From: Candidatus Hadarchaeales archaeon
GTDB lineage: Archaea; Hadarchaeota; Hadarchaeia; Hadarchaeales; WYZ-LMO6
Reading direction: 5' to 3'
Length of the DNA stretch: 41,492 nucleotides
NCBI GenBank assembly: GCA_038851755.1
Contig: JAWCKR010000011.1
Coordinates: forward strand, 1 to 41,492
The notes under the pieces were generated by a model that was given only the letters and a program-made list of their open reading frames with translations, was not told the DNA's origin and searched no databases. Positions within the stretch are counted from its first letter, which is position 1. Each line of letters opens with the position of its first letter. Positions 1 through 9,196 of this stretch are shown here, in pieces. Made by a program: the position numbers and the translations under genes.

Positions 1-720
1 ATGCTGGGGTCCGGGAAGGGTCTTGTGGGTGCTGCAGGTCATCACATCCGCTCCCTCCTTGAGGGGGTCCTGGAACTGCTTGCCCGCTATCAGCCCAGCC
101 ACGTGAGCGGCATCGTATCCTATGTATGCCCCAACCTCATCGGCTATTTCCCTGAATTCTTTCACTGGGTGGGGAAAAAGAAGAACGCTCCCTCCGAAGA
201 GGAGCAACTTGGGCTTGACCTCCCGAACCTTCTTCGCTGCCGCATCCACGTCTATGTTCATCTTCTTCTCGTCAAAGGGTAGATTCTCCACCTCGAGCCC
301 ATGGACCGCCCCTGCCGTTCCCCCCATCTTCTTCTTGCCCATGCTTATGTGCCCACCTGAGGGAATAGCGAGACACATCATCCTGTCGCCGGGCTCCGTG
401 AGGGCGGTGTACATGGCAAGGTTGGCCACCACCCCCGAAGTGGGCTGCACGTTCGCGTGCTCCGCCCCGAAGAGCTCCTTGGCCAGCTCTATGCCCAGGA
501 GTTCCACCTGGTCTATGTATTTGCATCCCGCGTAGACCCTCTCTCCAGGCCACCCCTCGGCGTACCTGTGCTGGAAGTCCGTGAGCAGCGCCTCCCTCAC
601 GGCGAGACTGGTGATGTTTTCGCTGGCGATGAGGTTTATGGTCCTCCCCATCCACTCGTGGTGCTGTCGAAGCAGTTCGAAAGTCTGCTCGAAAGCCTCC
701 TTGGGTGTCCTTCCCGTTAT
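1..720 (-). CDS. glyA: Serine hydroxymethyltransferase (archaeal type), 3' end outside window
   Basis: Not in the ORF track (no stop in window). Manual translation gives [44 protein letters not shown] and [11 protein letters not shown] (PLP lysine). Start inferred at ATA 720, overlapping the thrC stop. Confidence 0.95.
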   Translation of the reverse strand, partial: MTGRTPKEAFEQTFELLRQHHEWMGRTINLIASENITSLAVREALLTDFQHRYAEGWPGERVYAGCKYIDQVELLGIELAKELFGAEHANVQPTSGVVANLAMYTALTEPGDRMMCLAIPSGGHISMGKKKMGGTAGAVHGLEVENLPFDEKKMNIDVDAAAKKVREVKPKLLLFGGSVLLFPHPVKEFREIADEVGAYIGYDAAHVAGLIAGKQFQDPLKEGADVMTCSTHKTLPGPQH

Positions 721-1946
721 CTCACCACCCCCAGTATTTCCTCCTTCTCCCCCTCTACCTCCACGGGACCTCCGGAGACCCTAACCACCTCCTCAGGGTC
801 CTTCATCACGTTGCCCGTGGCCACGCACACCACCCTTTCATCTCTATCCACCTCACCTGCTTCCACCAGCTTTTTAAATCCTGCCAGAGCAGCCGCACTG
901 GCTGGTTCCACCCCTATCCCCTCCAGCCTCGCCAGCATGAGCTGGGCTTCCACGATTTCCTCATCCGTCACGCTCTCAGCCGTACCTCCAGAGTTCCTTA
1001 TCGCCCTCATGGCCTTGGGGCCGTTCACCGGATTGCCTATTCTGATGGCAGTGGCGATGGTCTCCGGATTCTCCACGGGCACGAACCTTTCAAGACCCCT
1101 CTTGATGGCGTCCACTATGGGCTTCGCCCCCTCCGCCTGAATACCCGTCATCCTGGGCATCCCTCTCACCAGTCCAGTCCTCTGGAACTCTAGGAATCCC
1201 TTGTAGATGGCCCATATGTTGGCGCAGTTCCCCATGGGCACCACCACCCTGTCAGGGACCTCCCACCCCATCTGCTCCGCTATCTCGAAACCTATGGTCT
1301 TCTGCCCCTGGGGTCTGAAGGGGTTCAGGGAATTGAGAAGGTAAAGGTCCTCTCTTTCCAGGCATATCTCCCGCAGCAGGGAAAGGGCCCTGTCGAAATT
1401 CCCCTTTATGGCCACCACCCGCGCACCGTAAACCAGCGCCTGTGCCAGCTTCCCCATGGCCACCTTCCCTGCTGGAAGAACCACCAGACACCTCAGTCCC
1501 GCCTTGGCCGCATATGCCGCCAAGGAGGCTGAAGTGTTACCCGTGGAAGCGCACACTACCGTCTTCACTCCGAACTCCAGCGCCCTGGTGACCCCCACCG
1601 TCATCCCCCTATCCTTGAAAGAACCAGTGGGGTTAGCCCCCTCATACTTCACGCGTATTTCCCTGACCCCCAGCTTTTCCTCCAGCTTCCTGCACCGGTA
1701 GAGGGGCGTCCCACCCTCACCGAGCGTCACTATCTTGCTCTCGTCCTCCACTGGCAGAAAGGGACGGTACTTCCAAGCACGGAGGGGTTCCTTCTCCATT
1801 CTCTTTCGGTCCAGCTTATCCGAAACTTGTTCGAGGTCCAGCTCAATCTCCAGCAGTCCGCCGCATCTGGGACACTCATAGAGCTTCTGGTGTGGGTCCC
1901 TCCTCTCTCCGCACTCTATACATTGGTACTCGAACCAAGGATCCAT
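717..1946 (-). CDS. thrC: Threonine synthase
   Basis: N-terminal CxxC/CxxC zinc ribbon, [18 protein letters not shown] (PLP lysine), [15 protein letters not shown]. Confidence 0.95.
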   Translation of the reverse strand: MDPWFEYQCIECGERRDPHQKLYECPRCGGLLEIELDLEQVSDKLDRKRMEKEPLRAWKYRPFLPVEDESKIVTLGEGGTPLYRCRKLEEKLGVREIRVKYEGANPTGSFKDRGMTVGVTRALEFGVKTVVCASTGNTSASLAAYAAKAGLRCLVVLPAGKVAMGKLAQALVYGARVVAIKGNFDRALSLLREICLEREDLYLLNSLNPFRPQGQKTIGFEIAEQMGWEVPDRVVVPMGNCANIWAIYKGFLEFQRTGLVRGMPRMTGIQAEGAKPIVDAIKRGLERFVPVENPETIATAIRIGNPVNGPKAMRAIRNSGGTAESVTDEEIVEAQLMLARLEGIGVEPASAAALAGFKKLVEAGEVDRDERVVCVATGNVMKDPEEVVRVSGGPVEVEGEKEEILGVVR

Positions 1947-1991
1947 CTTCCCTCCTTCGCGAGCTGGTTAATAGCCTTTCAATCCCTCTTC

Positions 1992-2993
1992 CTACTTCCC
2001 CAGCAAGGTCTGGTGTATGTCCACCAGATCGCCCAAGAGGGAGCTGGAGGTCTCTTGGGGTCCAGCCCCGAACCCGGTGATGGTTATCTCCCTGGCCAAG
2101 TCGAGTTCCAGAGACACTGCGTTGAGGGTGCCGCTAACGGCCAAGGGGTGATGGACGGGCACCAGCCTGGGCGCCACCTCCAGCGTATTCTCGCTGGCCG
2201 TGCCCACCAGCTTCACCGTGAATCCGGCCTCCTGAGCCAAACGCATCACCTGCGGGGTAACCCGCATGATCCCCTCCCTTTTCACCTCCTTCAGCTTCGC
2301 GTTCCTCCCGAGCACAGCGTTTGCCAGAATGGTTATCTTACAGGCTGTGTCCACACCTTCCAAGTCCAAGCTCGGGTCCTTCTCCGCTATCCCCAGCTCC
2401 TGGGCCTCCCTGAGGACGATATCAAGGGGCACGTCCTCCTGGCTCATGCGCGTGAGGATGTAGTTGGTCGTGCCGTTGAGCACTCCCCTTATAGCCAAAA
2501 TCCTGTTCCCGGTGAGAACCTTTCTGGCCAAGCTTATCACCGGAATGGCTCCCCCCACCGAAGCAGAGTACCTGAACTCCACCGATTTCTTCTTGGAGAG
2601 TTCTTCCAGCTCCCTGAAGGCCACCACCAGCGGACCCTTGTTGGAGGTCACCACGTGCTTACCCGAAAGCATGGCCTCCTTTATGTGGGTCAGACCTGGC
2701 TCCCCCGTCTCTATGTTGGTGGGGGTCAGTTCAAAGACCACCTCGCCCTCTACCTCCCTCACCACCTCCTCTCCGCTCATCTTCTTCCCACCCACCACCC
2801 TTCCCTTCTCCGCCAGTTCCGCCAGCTCCCTGAAGGAGAACCCTTCCTCCTTCACCAGCGCCCCGTACTCGTCCACCACGGCGCTCACTTTCGGTGAAAG
2901 TCCGTACCTCTTCCCTAGGAACTCCTTCTTCTCGGAGAGAACTCTGACGAGGGCCCTCCCCAAGTTCCCAAACCCCACGATGATGAGTCTCAA
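1992..2993 (-). CDS. hom: Homoserine dehydrogenase
   Basis: GFGNLG Rossmann motif, HVVTSNKGP, ASVGGAIP, GVLNGTTNYIL, GAGPQET. Confidence 0.95.
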   Translation of the reverse strand: MRLIIVGFGNLGRALVRVLSEKKEFLGKRYGLSPKVSAVVDEYGALVKEEGFSFRELAELAEKGRVVGGKKMSGEEVVREVEGEVVFELTPTNIETGEPGLTHIKEAMLSGKHVVTSNKGPLVVAFRELEELSKKKSVEFRYSASVGGAIPVISLARKVLTGNRILAIRGVLNGTTNYILTRMSQEDVPLDIVLREAQELGIAEKDPSLDLEGVDTACKITILANAVLGRNAKLKEVKREGIMRVTPQVMRLAQEAGFTVKLVGTASENTLEVAPRLVPVHHPLAVSGTLNAVSLELDLAREITITGFGAGPQETSSSLLGDLVDIHQTLLGK

Positions 2994-3493
2994 GTCCCTT
3001 CCTCCACCGCCTTCAACAGCAGAAGACCCTTCTCTCCTGAGATCCTCTCCAAAAGGGAAAGGGCCGTCCCCAGAACCCTCTCATCCCTCCCGTTAAGCCT
3101 CAGGCGCACCGCCATCTCCCCTCTCTCACCCATGGAAAGCCTCATGTCGGAAACCTTCGCCCCGCTGGTCCTTTCCATCCTGTCCGTTATCTCCCTCAGA
3201 TCCTCCACTGTCATCCTGCCCGCTATCAGCACCACCTTCTTGCTGAGTTCTTCCTTCTCCCCCACATGGGTAATCCTGACCCCCTGCACCTTCAGCTCGG
3301 AGAGCATCTTTCTGAACCTGCTCCTGTCACCTATCTCCAGAACCACCGTGACGGGGACCAAACCCAGTCTGGTCTTCTTCTCCCTCCTATGGATCACGCT
3401 CTTGATGTTGCCCCCGAACCTGGAGATGGGCTCAAGGGCCCTCACCAGCTGGCCGGGCACGTCTTCCAGCTCTAACTCCAGTCTGACTAGGAT
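2990..3493 (-). CDS. ACT-domain protein, likely regulatory partner of homoserine dehydrogenase
   Basis: LELEDVPGQLVRALEPISRFGGNIKSVIH is an ACT signature; stop overlaps the hom start (TTGA). Start extended to ATC 3493 (ORF track GTG 3460). Confidence 0.8.
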   Translation of the reverse strand: MLVRLELELEDVPGQLVRALEPISRFGGNIKSVIHRREKKTRLGLVPVTVVLEIGDRSRFRKMLSELKVQGVRITHVGEKEELSKKVVLIAGRMTVEDLREITDRMERTSGAKVSDMRLSMGERGEMAVRLRLNGRDERVLGTALSLLERISGEKGLLLLKAVEEGT

Positions 3494-3514
3494 TGCCCTC
3501 CCCTCCCGAAACCC

Positions 3515-3934
3515 TCAGGACCTCTTCCTCTTTGGAATAATCAAAACTAAAAACCCATCCCTCACCCTCAGGATGCGCTCCTGCGGAACCGCGTTCCGGG
3601 GAAGCTCGAAGGTGGAGAAGTATGCCTTTCCGTCCGCCCTCTTCGCAACGATCTCCAGGGCCCTTCCTCTCGTTCTTATCTCGATGCCCTCTCTACCCAC
3701 ACCAGGCACGCTCATGCAGAAAATCACTTCTCTGGGTTTCTCCAAGCACAGGTGCTCCGTTTCCAGTGTTTCCTTCACCTCCGCCTGCTCCTCCAGGGTT
3801 CTCAGGGCCCTTCCCCTCCGAACCCTCACTTGGGGTGTTTGAGGGCCTTTGACTTCTATCGAAACCTCCTCAGACTTCCTCTCCATCTCCTCAACCATCT
3901 TCCGTATCTTCTCGAAGAAATCCCCTTCGAACAT
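3515..3934 (-). CDS. Hsp20/alpha-crystallin family small heat-shock protein (divergent)
   Basis: MSVPGVGREGIEI...FELP...DGFLVLIIPK resembles the alpha-crystallin domain; DFFEKIRKMVEEM N-terminus is typical of archaeal Hsp20. Confidence 0.75.
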   Translation of the reverse strand: MFEGDFFEKIRKMVEEMERKSEEVSIEVKGPQTPQVRVRRGRALRTLEEQAEVKETLETEHLCLEKPREVIFCMSVPGVGREGIEIRTRGRALEIVAKRADGKAYFSTFELPRNAVPQERILRVRDGFLVLIIPKRKRS

Positions 3935-4048
3935 TTTCCCATCAGAAAATCCTTTTTCAAACCTAATAAATCTCTCGGGTAGACCCCTCGATTTCCACTG
4001 GAACTGTTAATTATTTTTACCCAAAATTTTGTAATGGATATATCAAAT

Positions 4049-4375
4049 ATGGAAAGGGAGTGGATCTTGGGATATATAGAAGCAAAGGGGTGCTTCACCA
4101 CGAACAAAGTGGTAATGGGGAACAGGGTTTACCAGAACCCAGTTTTTTTCCTCACACAGAAGGAAAAGGAGACCCTCCTTTTTTTGAAAGAAGCGACGGG
4201 ACTGGGAGAGGTGAAGAAAACGGGGGGACTCCACCGATGGGAGGTAAGAAAAAAGAGGGAAGTGATAGCGTTGATGGAGTTCTTGGAGGGGGGGTTCAGA
4301 ACCACCCACAGAGCCCGGCAGTTTGAGAAGTGGAAGGAAGGGGTTCTCCAGTGGAAACAGAGGGGGAGGTCCTAA
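4049..4375 (+). CDS. Single-motif LAGLIDADG homing-endonuclease-fold protein, probably inactive
   Basis: WILGYIEAKGCF aligns to the WLAGFxDGEGCF motif, followed by FFLTQKE...L...GLGEV...WEV...T...FEKW. Start is ATG 4049 or 4034. Confidence 0.75.
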   Translation: MEREWILGYIEAKGCFTTNKVVMGNRVYQNPVFFLTQKEKETLLFLKEATGLGEVKKTGGLHRWEVRKKREVIALMEFLEGGFRTTHRARQFEKWKEGVLQWKQRGRS

Positions 4376-4406
4376 CCTTTTAGAGTTTTAGGTTTTTTGA
4401 GAGAGG

Positions 4407-5990
4407 ATGGAAGAAAAGAAGTCGAAGGTGAGGTCCCTCGTTCATGGGGGAGTGCTAGTTCCACCCTACGAGTTCAAGGGGTTGCACATCCTCTATCGAG
4501 GGAAAAGAGTGGACTTGAACCCCCTGCAGGAGGAGATGGCTGTGGCCTTTGGCAGGCATCTCCTGGCGGGCAGGGGTGAAGACAGGGTTTTCGTCAGGAA
4601 CTTCCTCTCAGATTTCAGCGAAGCCCTGGGGTTACCCAAGGACACGGAGCTCGAGCATTTCGACTTCTCGCCGGTGCTGGACTGGCTCAATCGGGAGAAG
4701 AAGAGGAAGGAGGAGATGACGAAGGAGGAGCGCAAGAGGCTGGCGGAGGAGCGGAAGCGTCTGAGGGAGGCCAACAGGGAGAGATGGGGCACGGCCTGGA
4801 TCAACGGGGAGAGGATTGAAGTGAAGAACTACACGGTCGAGCCCCCCTGCGTCTTCGTGGGGAGGGGAAAGCACCCCCAGCGGGGGAGGTGGAAACCCAG
4901 AGTGGAGTACGAAGACATCATCCTGAACCTCTCCCCCGAGGCACCCATGCCTGAGGCCCCGGAGGGCAGGAAGTGGGGCGGGAGGGAGTGGGATCCTGGG
5001 GCTCTGTGGATAGCGAAGTGGAGGGACAAGCTCACGGGCAAGATGAAGTATGTGTGGCTCTCCGACTCCTCCCCCCTGAAGCAGGAGAGGGAGAAGGAGA
5101 AGTTCGACCAGGCTAGGGAGCTGGGAAGGAAGATCGAGAGGGTGAGGGAGCACATAAGGCGGGGTCTCTCAGACCCTGATCCAAAGCGCAGGATGGTGGC
5201 CACCGTCTGCTACCTCATAGACGAGCTGAAGCTGAGGGTGGGGGACGAGAGGGACAGAGAGGAGAGGAACACGGTGGGGGCTACCACCTTGGGTCCAGAG
5301 CACATAAGGTTCGACGGGGGGAGGGTGAGGTTCAGCTTCTTGGGAAAAGACCACGTGCGATGGTCCAAGAGTTTGGAGCCCATTCCCGAGGTTCTCCGGA
5401 ACCTGAAGGAGTTCGCGAGTAGAGGGGAGGAGAGGATTTTCCCGGGGGTGAGTTCGGAGGATGTAAACTCCTTCTTGGGAGAGGCGATGCCAGGTCTCAC
5501 GGCGAAGGTCTTCCGCACCTATCACGCCTCGAAGATAGTGGAGGAGGAGTTGAAGAGGAGGAGGGTGGGGAAGGAGAGCACGGAGATGGAGAAGAAGTAC
5601 GTGGCCAAGATGGCCAACCTGAGAGCCGCGGAGGAGCTGAACCACAAGCGCAAGGTGCCCGCCGGATGGAGGAAGAAGGTGGAGAGGATGAGGGAGAGGA
5701 TAAGGGTGCTGGAACAGAGGATAGCGGAGCTACGGGCGAAACCAGGGAAGAGGACCGAGGAAAGGGTGAAAAAGCTGAAGGAGAGGATAAGGGAGCTCAG
5801 GCTCAGGCTGGAGCTGGAGCGAGAGATAAGGGACTTCAACCTGGGCACCTCCCTCAACTCCTACATCGATCCCAGGATCTACGCCTCTTGGGCCAAGAGG
5901 GTGGGTTGTGGAGTGGAGAAGATTTACTCCAAGTCCCTCCTGAAGAAGTTCTCCTGGGCGGTGGGTCACGACGGGCAAGCCCAGGCCTGA
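4407..5990 (+). CDS. DNA topoisomerase IB, eukaryote-like long form
   Basis: EPPCVFVGRGKHP.RGRWK; catalytic pentad R (LRVGDE), K (FLGKD), R (KVFRTY), H (LNHKR), Y (GTSLNSYIDPR); coiled-coil linker before the Tyr domain. Confidence 0.95.
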   Translation: MEEKKSKVRSLVHGGVLVPPYEFKGLHILYRGKRVDLNPLQEEMAVAFGRHLLAGRGEDRVFVRNFLSDFSEALGLPKDTELEHFDFSPVLDWLNREKKRKEEMTKEERKRLAEERKRLREANRERWGTAWINGERIEVKNYTVEPPCVFVGRGKHPQRGRWKPRVEYEDIILNLSPEAPMPEAPEGRKWGGREWDPGALWIAKWRDKLTGKMKYVWLSDSSPLKQEREKEKFDQARELGRKIERVREHIRRGLSDPDPKRRMVATVCYLIDELKLRVGDERDREERNTVGATTLGPEHIRFDGGRVRFSFLGKDHVRWSKSLEPIPEVLRNLKEFASRGEERIFPGVSSEDVNSFLGEAMPGLTAKVFRTYHASKIVEEELKRRRVGKESTEMEKKYVAKMANLRAAEELNHKRKVPAGWRKKVERMRERIRVLEQRIAELRAKPGKRTEERVKKLKERIRELRLRLELEREIRDFNLGTSLNSYIDPRIYASWAKRVGCGVEKIYSKSLLKKFSWAVGHDGQAQA

Positions 5991-6027
5991 AAGCCGGTTT
6001 TTTACCCCCGGGAGGGGAAGGAATCCG

Positions 6028-6990
6028 ATGGACGCCTACGAGAGGGTGAGGAGGGGGGCCGCAGAGGTGGTGACGGAGGAGGAGCTGAGGGAGGTGATGA
6101 AGGGAAGGCCCACGGTCTACTGCGGATACGAGCCCTCGGGAAAAATTCACTGCGGTCATGCCCTCACCGCCTTCAAGCTGCTTGACTTCCAGAGGGAGGG
6201 CGCCAAGGTGATAGTGCTCCTGGCTGACCTTCACGCCTACCTGAACCACAAGGGCACCCTGGAGGAGATAAGGAAGACCACGGAGTACAACAAGGAGTGC
6301 TTCATAGGGATGGGACTGGATCCCGGGAAGACCGAGTACAGGCTGGGATCGGAGTTCCAGCTCAGCCGGGAGTACATGATGGACGTGCTCAGGATGTCCA
6401 CGGACACCACCCTCCTGAGGGCCAGGAGGGCCATGGCGGAGATAGCCAGGAAGGCAGAGAACCCTGATGTGGCCCAGGTGCTCTACCCCCTCATGCAGGC
6501 GGTTGACATAGCCCACTTGGGGGCGGAGGTGGCGGTGGGAGGGGAGGACCAGAGGAAGGTTCACATGATAGCCAGGGAAAAGCTGGAGAAACTGGGACAC
6601 AGAAAACCCGTTTGCGTGCACATGCCCCTGCTGCACGGTCTCGACGGGGACATCAAGATGTCCTCCTCGAAGGGGAACTTCATAGCGGTGGACGACCCTC
6701 CGGAGGAGATAAGGAAAAAGGTACAGAAGGCCTTCTGTCCTCCCAAGCAGGTGGAAGGGAACCCCGTGGTGGAGTACGCCGAGCATTTGGTGCTCCCCCT
6801 CACGGGTGGGCTGGAGGTGAGGAGATCCGAAAAGCACGGTGGCACGCTTTTCCTGAAGGAGGCTGGCGAGCTGAGGAGGAGGTACATGGAGGGAGGGCTT
6901 CATCCCGCCGACCTCAAGCCGGCGGTGGCCGAGGGTCTCGTCGAACTCTTCCGTCCCGTGAGGGAGTACCTGGGGAAGAGAGGAGCCTGA
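6028..6990 (+). CDS. tyrS: Tyrosyl-tRNA synthetase (archaeal type)
   Basis: YCGYEPSGKIHCGH, LADLHA, YPLMQAVD, GGEDQRK, KMSSSK. Confidence 0.95.
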   Translation: MDAYERVRRGAAEVVTEEELREVMKGRPTVYCGYEPSGKIHCGHALTAFKLLDFQREGAKVIVLLADLHAYLNHKGTLEEIRKTTEYNKECFIGMGLDPGKTEYRLGSEFQLSREYMMDVLRMSTDTTLLRARRAMAEIARKAENPDVAQVLYPLMQAVDIAHLGAEVAVGGEDQRKVHMIAREKLEKLGHRKPVCVHMPLLHGLDGDIKMSSSKGNFIAVDDPPEEIRKKVQKAFCPPKQVEGNPVVEYAEHLVLPLTGGLEVRRSEKHGGTLFLKEAGELRRRYMEGGLHPADLKPAVAEGLVELFRPVREYLGKRGA

Positions 6991-7003
6991 GGGGGTTTGC
7001 CCC

Positions 7004-7011
7004 TTTATAAA
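7004..7011 (+). promoter_or_regulatory. TATA box for minD
   Basis: TTTATAAA about 30 nt upstream of GTG 7041 in a GC-rich background. Confidence 0.55.
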
Positions 7012-7040
7012 TCCCTTCCCCCAACCTCTGGGGGGGAAAG

Positions 7041-7877
7041 GTGGGAAGGAAAAACCTTCGCAGGTCCATCGCCATCGCCTCAGGTAAGGGGGGCACGGGA
7101 AAGACCACCATGACGGCCAACCTGGGGGTGGCCCTGGGGGCACTGGGCAGGAAGGTGACCATTCTGGATGGGGATCTGGCCATGGCCAACCTCTCCATCG
7201 TGATGGGGCTCACCAAGTTCAGGACGAACCTGCTCGATGTCCTGATGGGTAGGGCCAGGGTGGAGGAGGCCGTTTACCGGAATTACGGGATAAACGTGAT
7301 ACCCACTGGCTTCAGGTTCGAGGAGGCCCACGAGGCCCTCTTCAAGGTCAGGCCGGAGAAGGTGGAGGAGGTGGTGAGGAGCATCCTGGAGGAGGCGGAG
7401 TTCCTCCTCATCGATGCCCCGGCGGGGATTCAGGACTCCACCATCCTTTCGCTGGCTGCCGCCAGGGAGATGATCGCCGTATGCAACCCCACCTACACCA
7501 GCCTGGTGGACTGCTACAAGACGGTGAGACTGGCCAACGTCCTCGGTTCCTGGACCAGGGGGGTGGTGGTGAACCGGACGGGCAAGAGCGCGGACCTCTC
7601 CACGAGGGAAGTGGAGGAGTTCATGGGCCACACGCTGGGTGCCGTACCCGTGCTGGCCGAGGTGCCGGAGGACCCCGCGGTTCAGGAGGCGGAGAGGGAG
7701 GGTGTGCCGGTGGTGGTCTATGACCCCGAGTGCAGGGCCTCGCTTGCCGTCCAGGCTCTGGCCGAGGTGCTGGTGGGTAAGGCCGGACCCCCTTACGGTT
7801 TCCCGGGGGAGAAGGGAAGGGACGAGACGGTGGCGAGGCTGGTCAGGGCCCTCACGGGCAGACCCGACAGGGTGTAG
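7041..7877 (+). CDS. minD: MinD/ParA family ATPase
   Basis: Deviant Walker A SGKGGTGKTT, DGDLAMANL, IDAPAG, VVNR, PEDPAVQEA. Confidence 0.9.
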   Translation: MGRKNLRRSIAIASGKGGTGKTTMTANLGVALGALGRKVTILDGDLAMANLSIVMGLTKFRTNLLDVLMGRARVEEAVYRNYGINVIPTGFRFEEAHEALFKVRPEKVEEVVRSILEEAEFLLIDAPAGIQDSTILSLAAAREMIAVCNPTYTSLVDCYKTVRLANVLGSWTRGVVVNRTGKSADLSTREVEEFMGHTLGAVPVLAEVPEDPAVQEAEREGVPVVVYDPECRASLAVQALAEVLVGKAGPPYGFPGEKGRDETVARLVRALTGRPDRV

Positions 7878-7878
7878 G

Positions 7879-7950
<72 letters not shown>

Positions 7951-7974
7951 GCTTAAACTGGGAGGGGTACCTTA

Positions 7975-9120
7975 TTACATTTTGAGAACCATGATCACTT
8001 CCAGGAGCACGATGGCGGCTATGAGGAGGAGGGTGAGGAACTCCAGGGTGCTGGCGTGTTGGGCGTCCACCCTCTCCATGGCCATGGCGTAGAGTTCCTG
8101 GAGCTGGTCCAGCTTTTTGTCCACCAGGGAGAGCCACTCCGAGACCCTGAAGCGCTCTCCGGCCAAACGGTGAATCTTCCCCAAATACCATTCACCTGTG
8201 AACTTCAGGATGTTCCTCAGGTCCCCCACGTACTCCATGATCTCCACCCTGAGTTCGGCCAGCTCGCTGGCGGTTTTCATCAGCTCCCGGTAGGACCTGC
8301 TTCCCCACCTCACCCCCATCCTCCTTGGGAAGGCCGTGCGCAGGGCGCTGTAGGCTTTCTCCGTCTCCAGGTCCAGCATGGAGTCGTAGGTCTTGAGCTC
8401 CAGGAGCTGGATCTTGGCCAGCTCTATCATCCTCACGTAATCGTCCACGTATCCCTCCTGTTCGTAGATGAGGGCGGAGTACCAGTCCACAATCACCAGA
8501 TCCCTGTTGGAGTAGGTCAGGAAGGACCTGAGGGCGTCGTCCACCTCTTTCCTGCTCAGGGACCTCCACTCCGTTTCTCCCCTGAGCAACCCGGCCGTGT
8601 GCTTCCTGAACTTGGTGAGGAGGTCGGGGGCGGAGAGGGGTGGATCGGAGCGTGAGAGGAGAATGAGGGTGTAGGTCTCGGGCCTGCCGAACTCCTGGTA
8701 GGGAAAGATGATGGCCTTCTTGATCTTCTTCCTGAGCTCCTCGAAGTACCTTCTCGCTATTTCCCCGAACTCCACCTCCTCCCCCCCCACCCTCACCCTC
8801 CTCTCGTCCAGTCCCACCAGCCTGACCACGGAGTCCAGCTCGGCTCCCTCGAACCTGAGGGTGAAGGAAATCTCTATGGCCCCCACGGGGAAGATCTTGG
8901 CCTCCACCTCCAGCCTGTGGCCTTCCACCTCCAGGGTCCCCAGCTTCCCCACCAGGGGGATGAGACCTATGTGCTCGTACTTGGGAGCCAGGATCCTCAT
9001 CCTCCTCCTAGGTCTCTGCTCCACGAGCCCCAGCCTCTCGGCCGGTATGAGGGTCAGGTTCACCTCTCCACCGCAGTCGTAGAAGTACTGGAAGACTATG
9101 GAACCCGTGAGGCGCATCAC
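7975..9120 (-). CDS. Hypothetical membrane-anchored protein, RMD1/DUF155-like
   Basis: 381-aa ORF with host-like codon usage, YFYDCGGEV N-terminus, IFPVGAI, a helical C-terminal part and a terminal TM helix (LEFLTLLLIAAIVLLEVI). Family call from recall only. Confidence 0.55.
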   Translation of the reverse strand: MMRLTGSIVFQYFYDCGGEVNLTLIPAERLGLVEQRPRRRMRILAPKYEHIGLIPLVGKLGTLEVEGHRLEVEAKIFPVGAIEISFTLRFEGAELDSVVRLVGLDERRVRVGGEEVEFGEIARRYFEELRKKIKKAIIFPYQEFGRPETYTLILLSRSDPPLSAPDLLTKFRKHTAGLLRGETEWRSLSRKEVDDALRSFLTYSNRDLVIVDWYSALIYEQEGYVDDYVRMIELAKIQLLELKTYDSMLDLETEKAYSALRTAFPRRMGVRWGSRSYRELMKTASELAELRVEIMEYVGDLRNILKFTGEWYLGKIHRLAGERFRVSEWLSLVDKKLDQLQELYAMAMERVDAQHASTLEFLTLLLIAAIVLLEVIMVLKM

Positions 9121-9196
9121 AGTGTCTTCACTTCTGGGTCTAAATAGTCGGACCAGGGTGCTCGAGCCCGAGAGCTGATCGGGATAAAAGGTGAGG

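Noticed and set aside
272-655. ORF-track 127-aa minus-strand ORF
   Set aside because: Wrong frame; the region is glyA in another minus frame.
6139-6160. TyrRS HIGH motif variant HCGH
   Set aside because: The second position of HxGH is variable and the other motifs are intact.
9121-9196. Possible riboswitch or C/D sRNA upstream of the DUF155-like gene
   Set aside because: Only a 5-bp hairpin (CCCGA/TCGGG) and the tRNA T-tract; no fluoride-riboswitch or complete C/D consensus.
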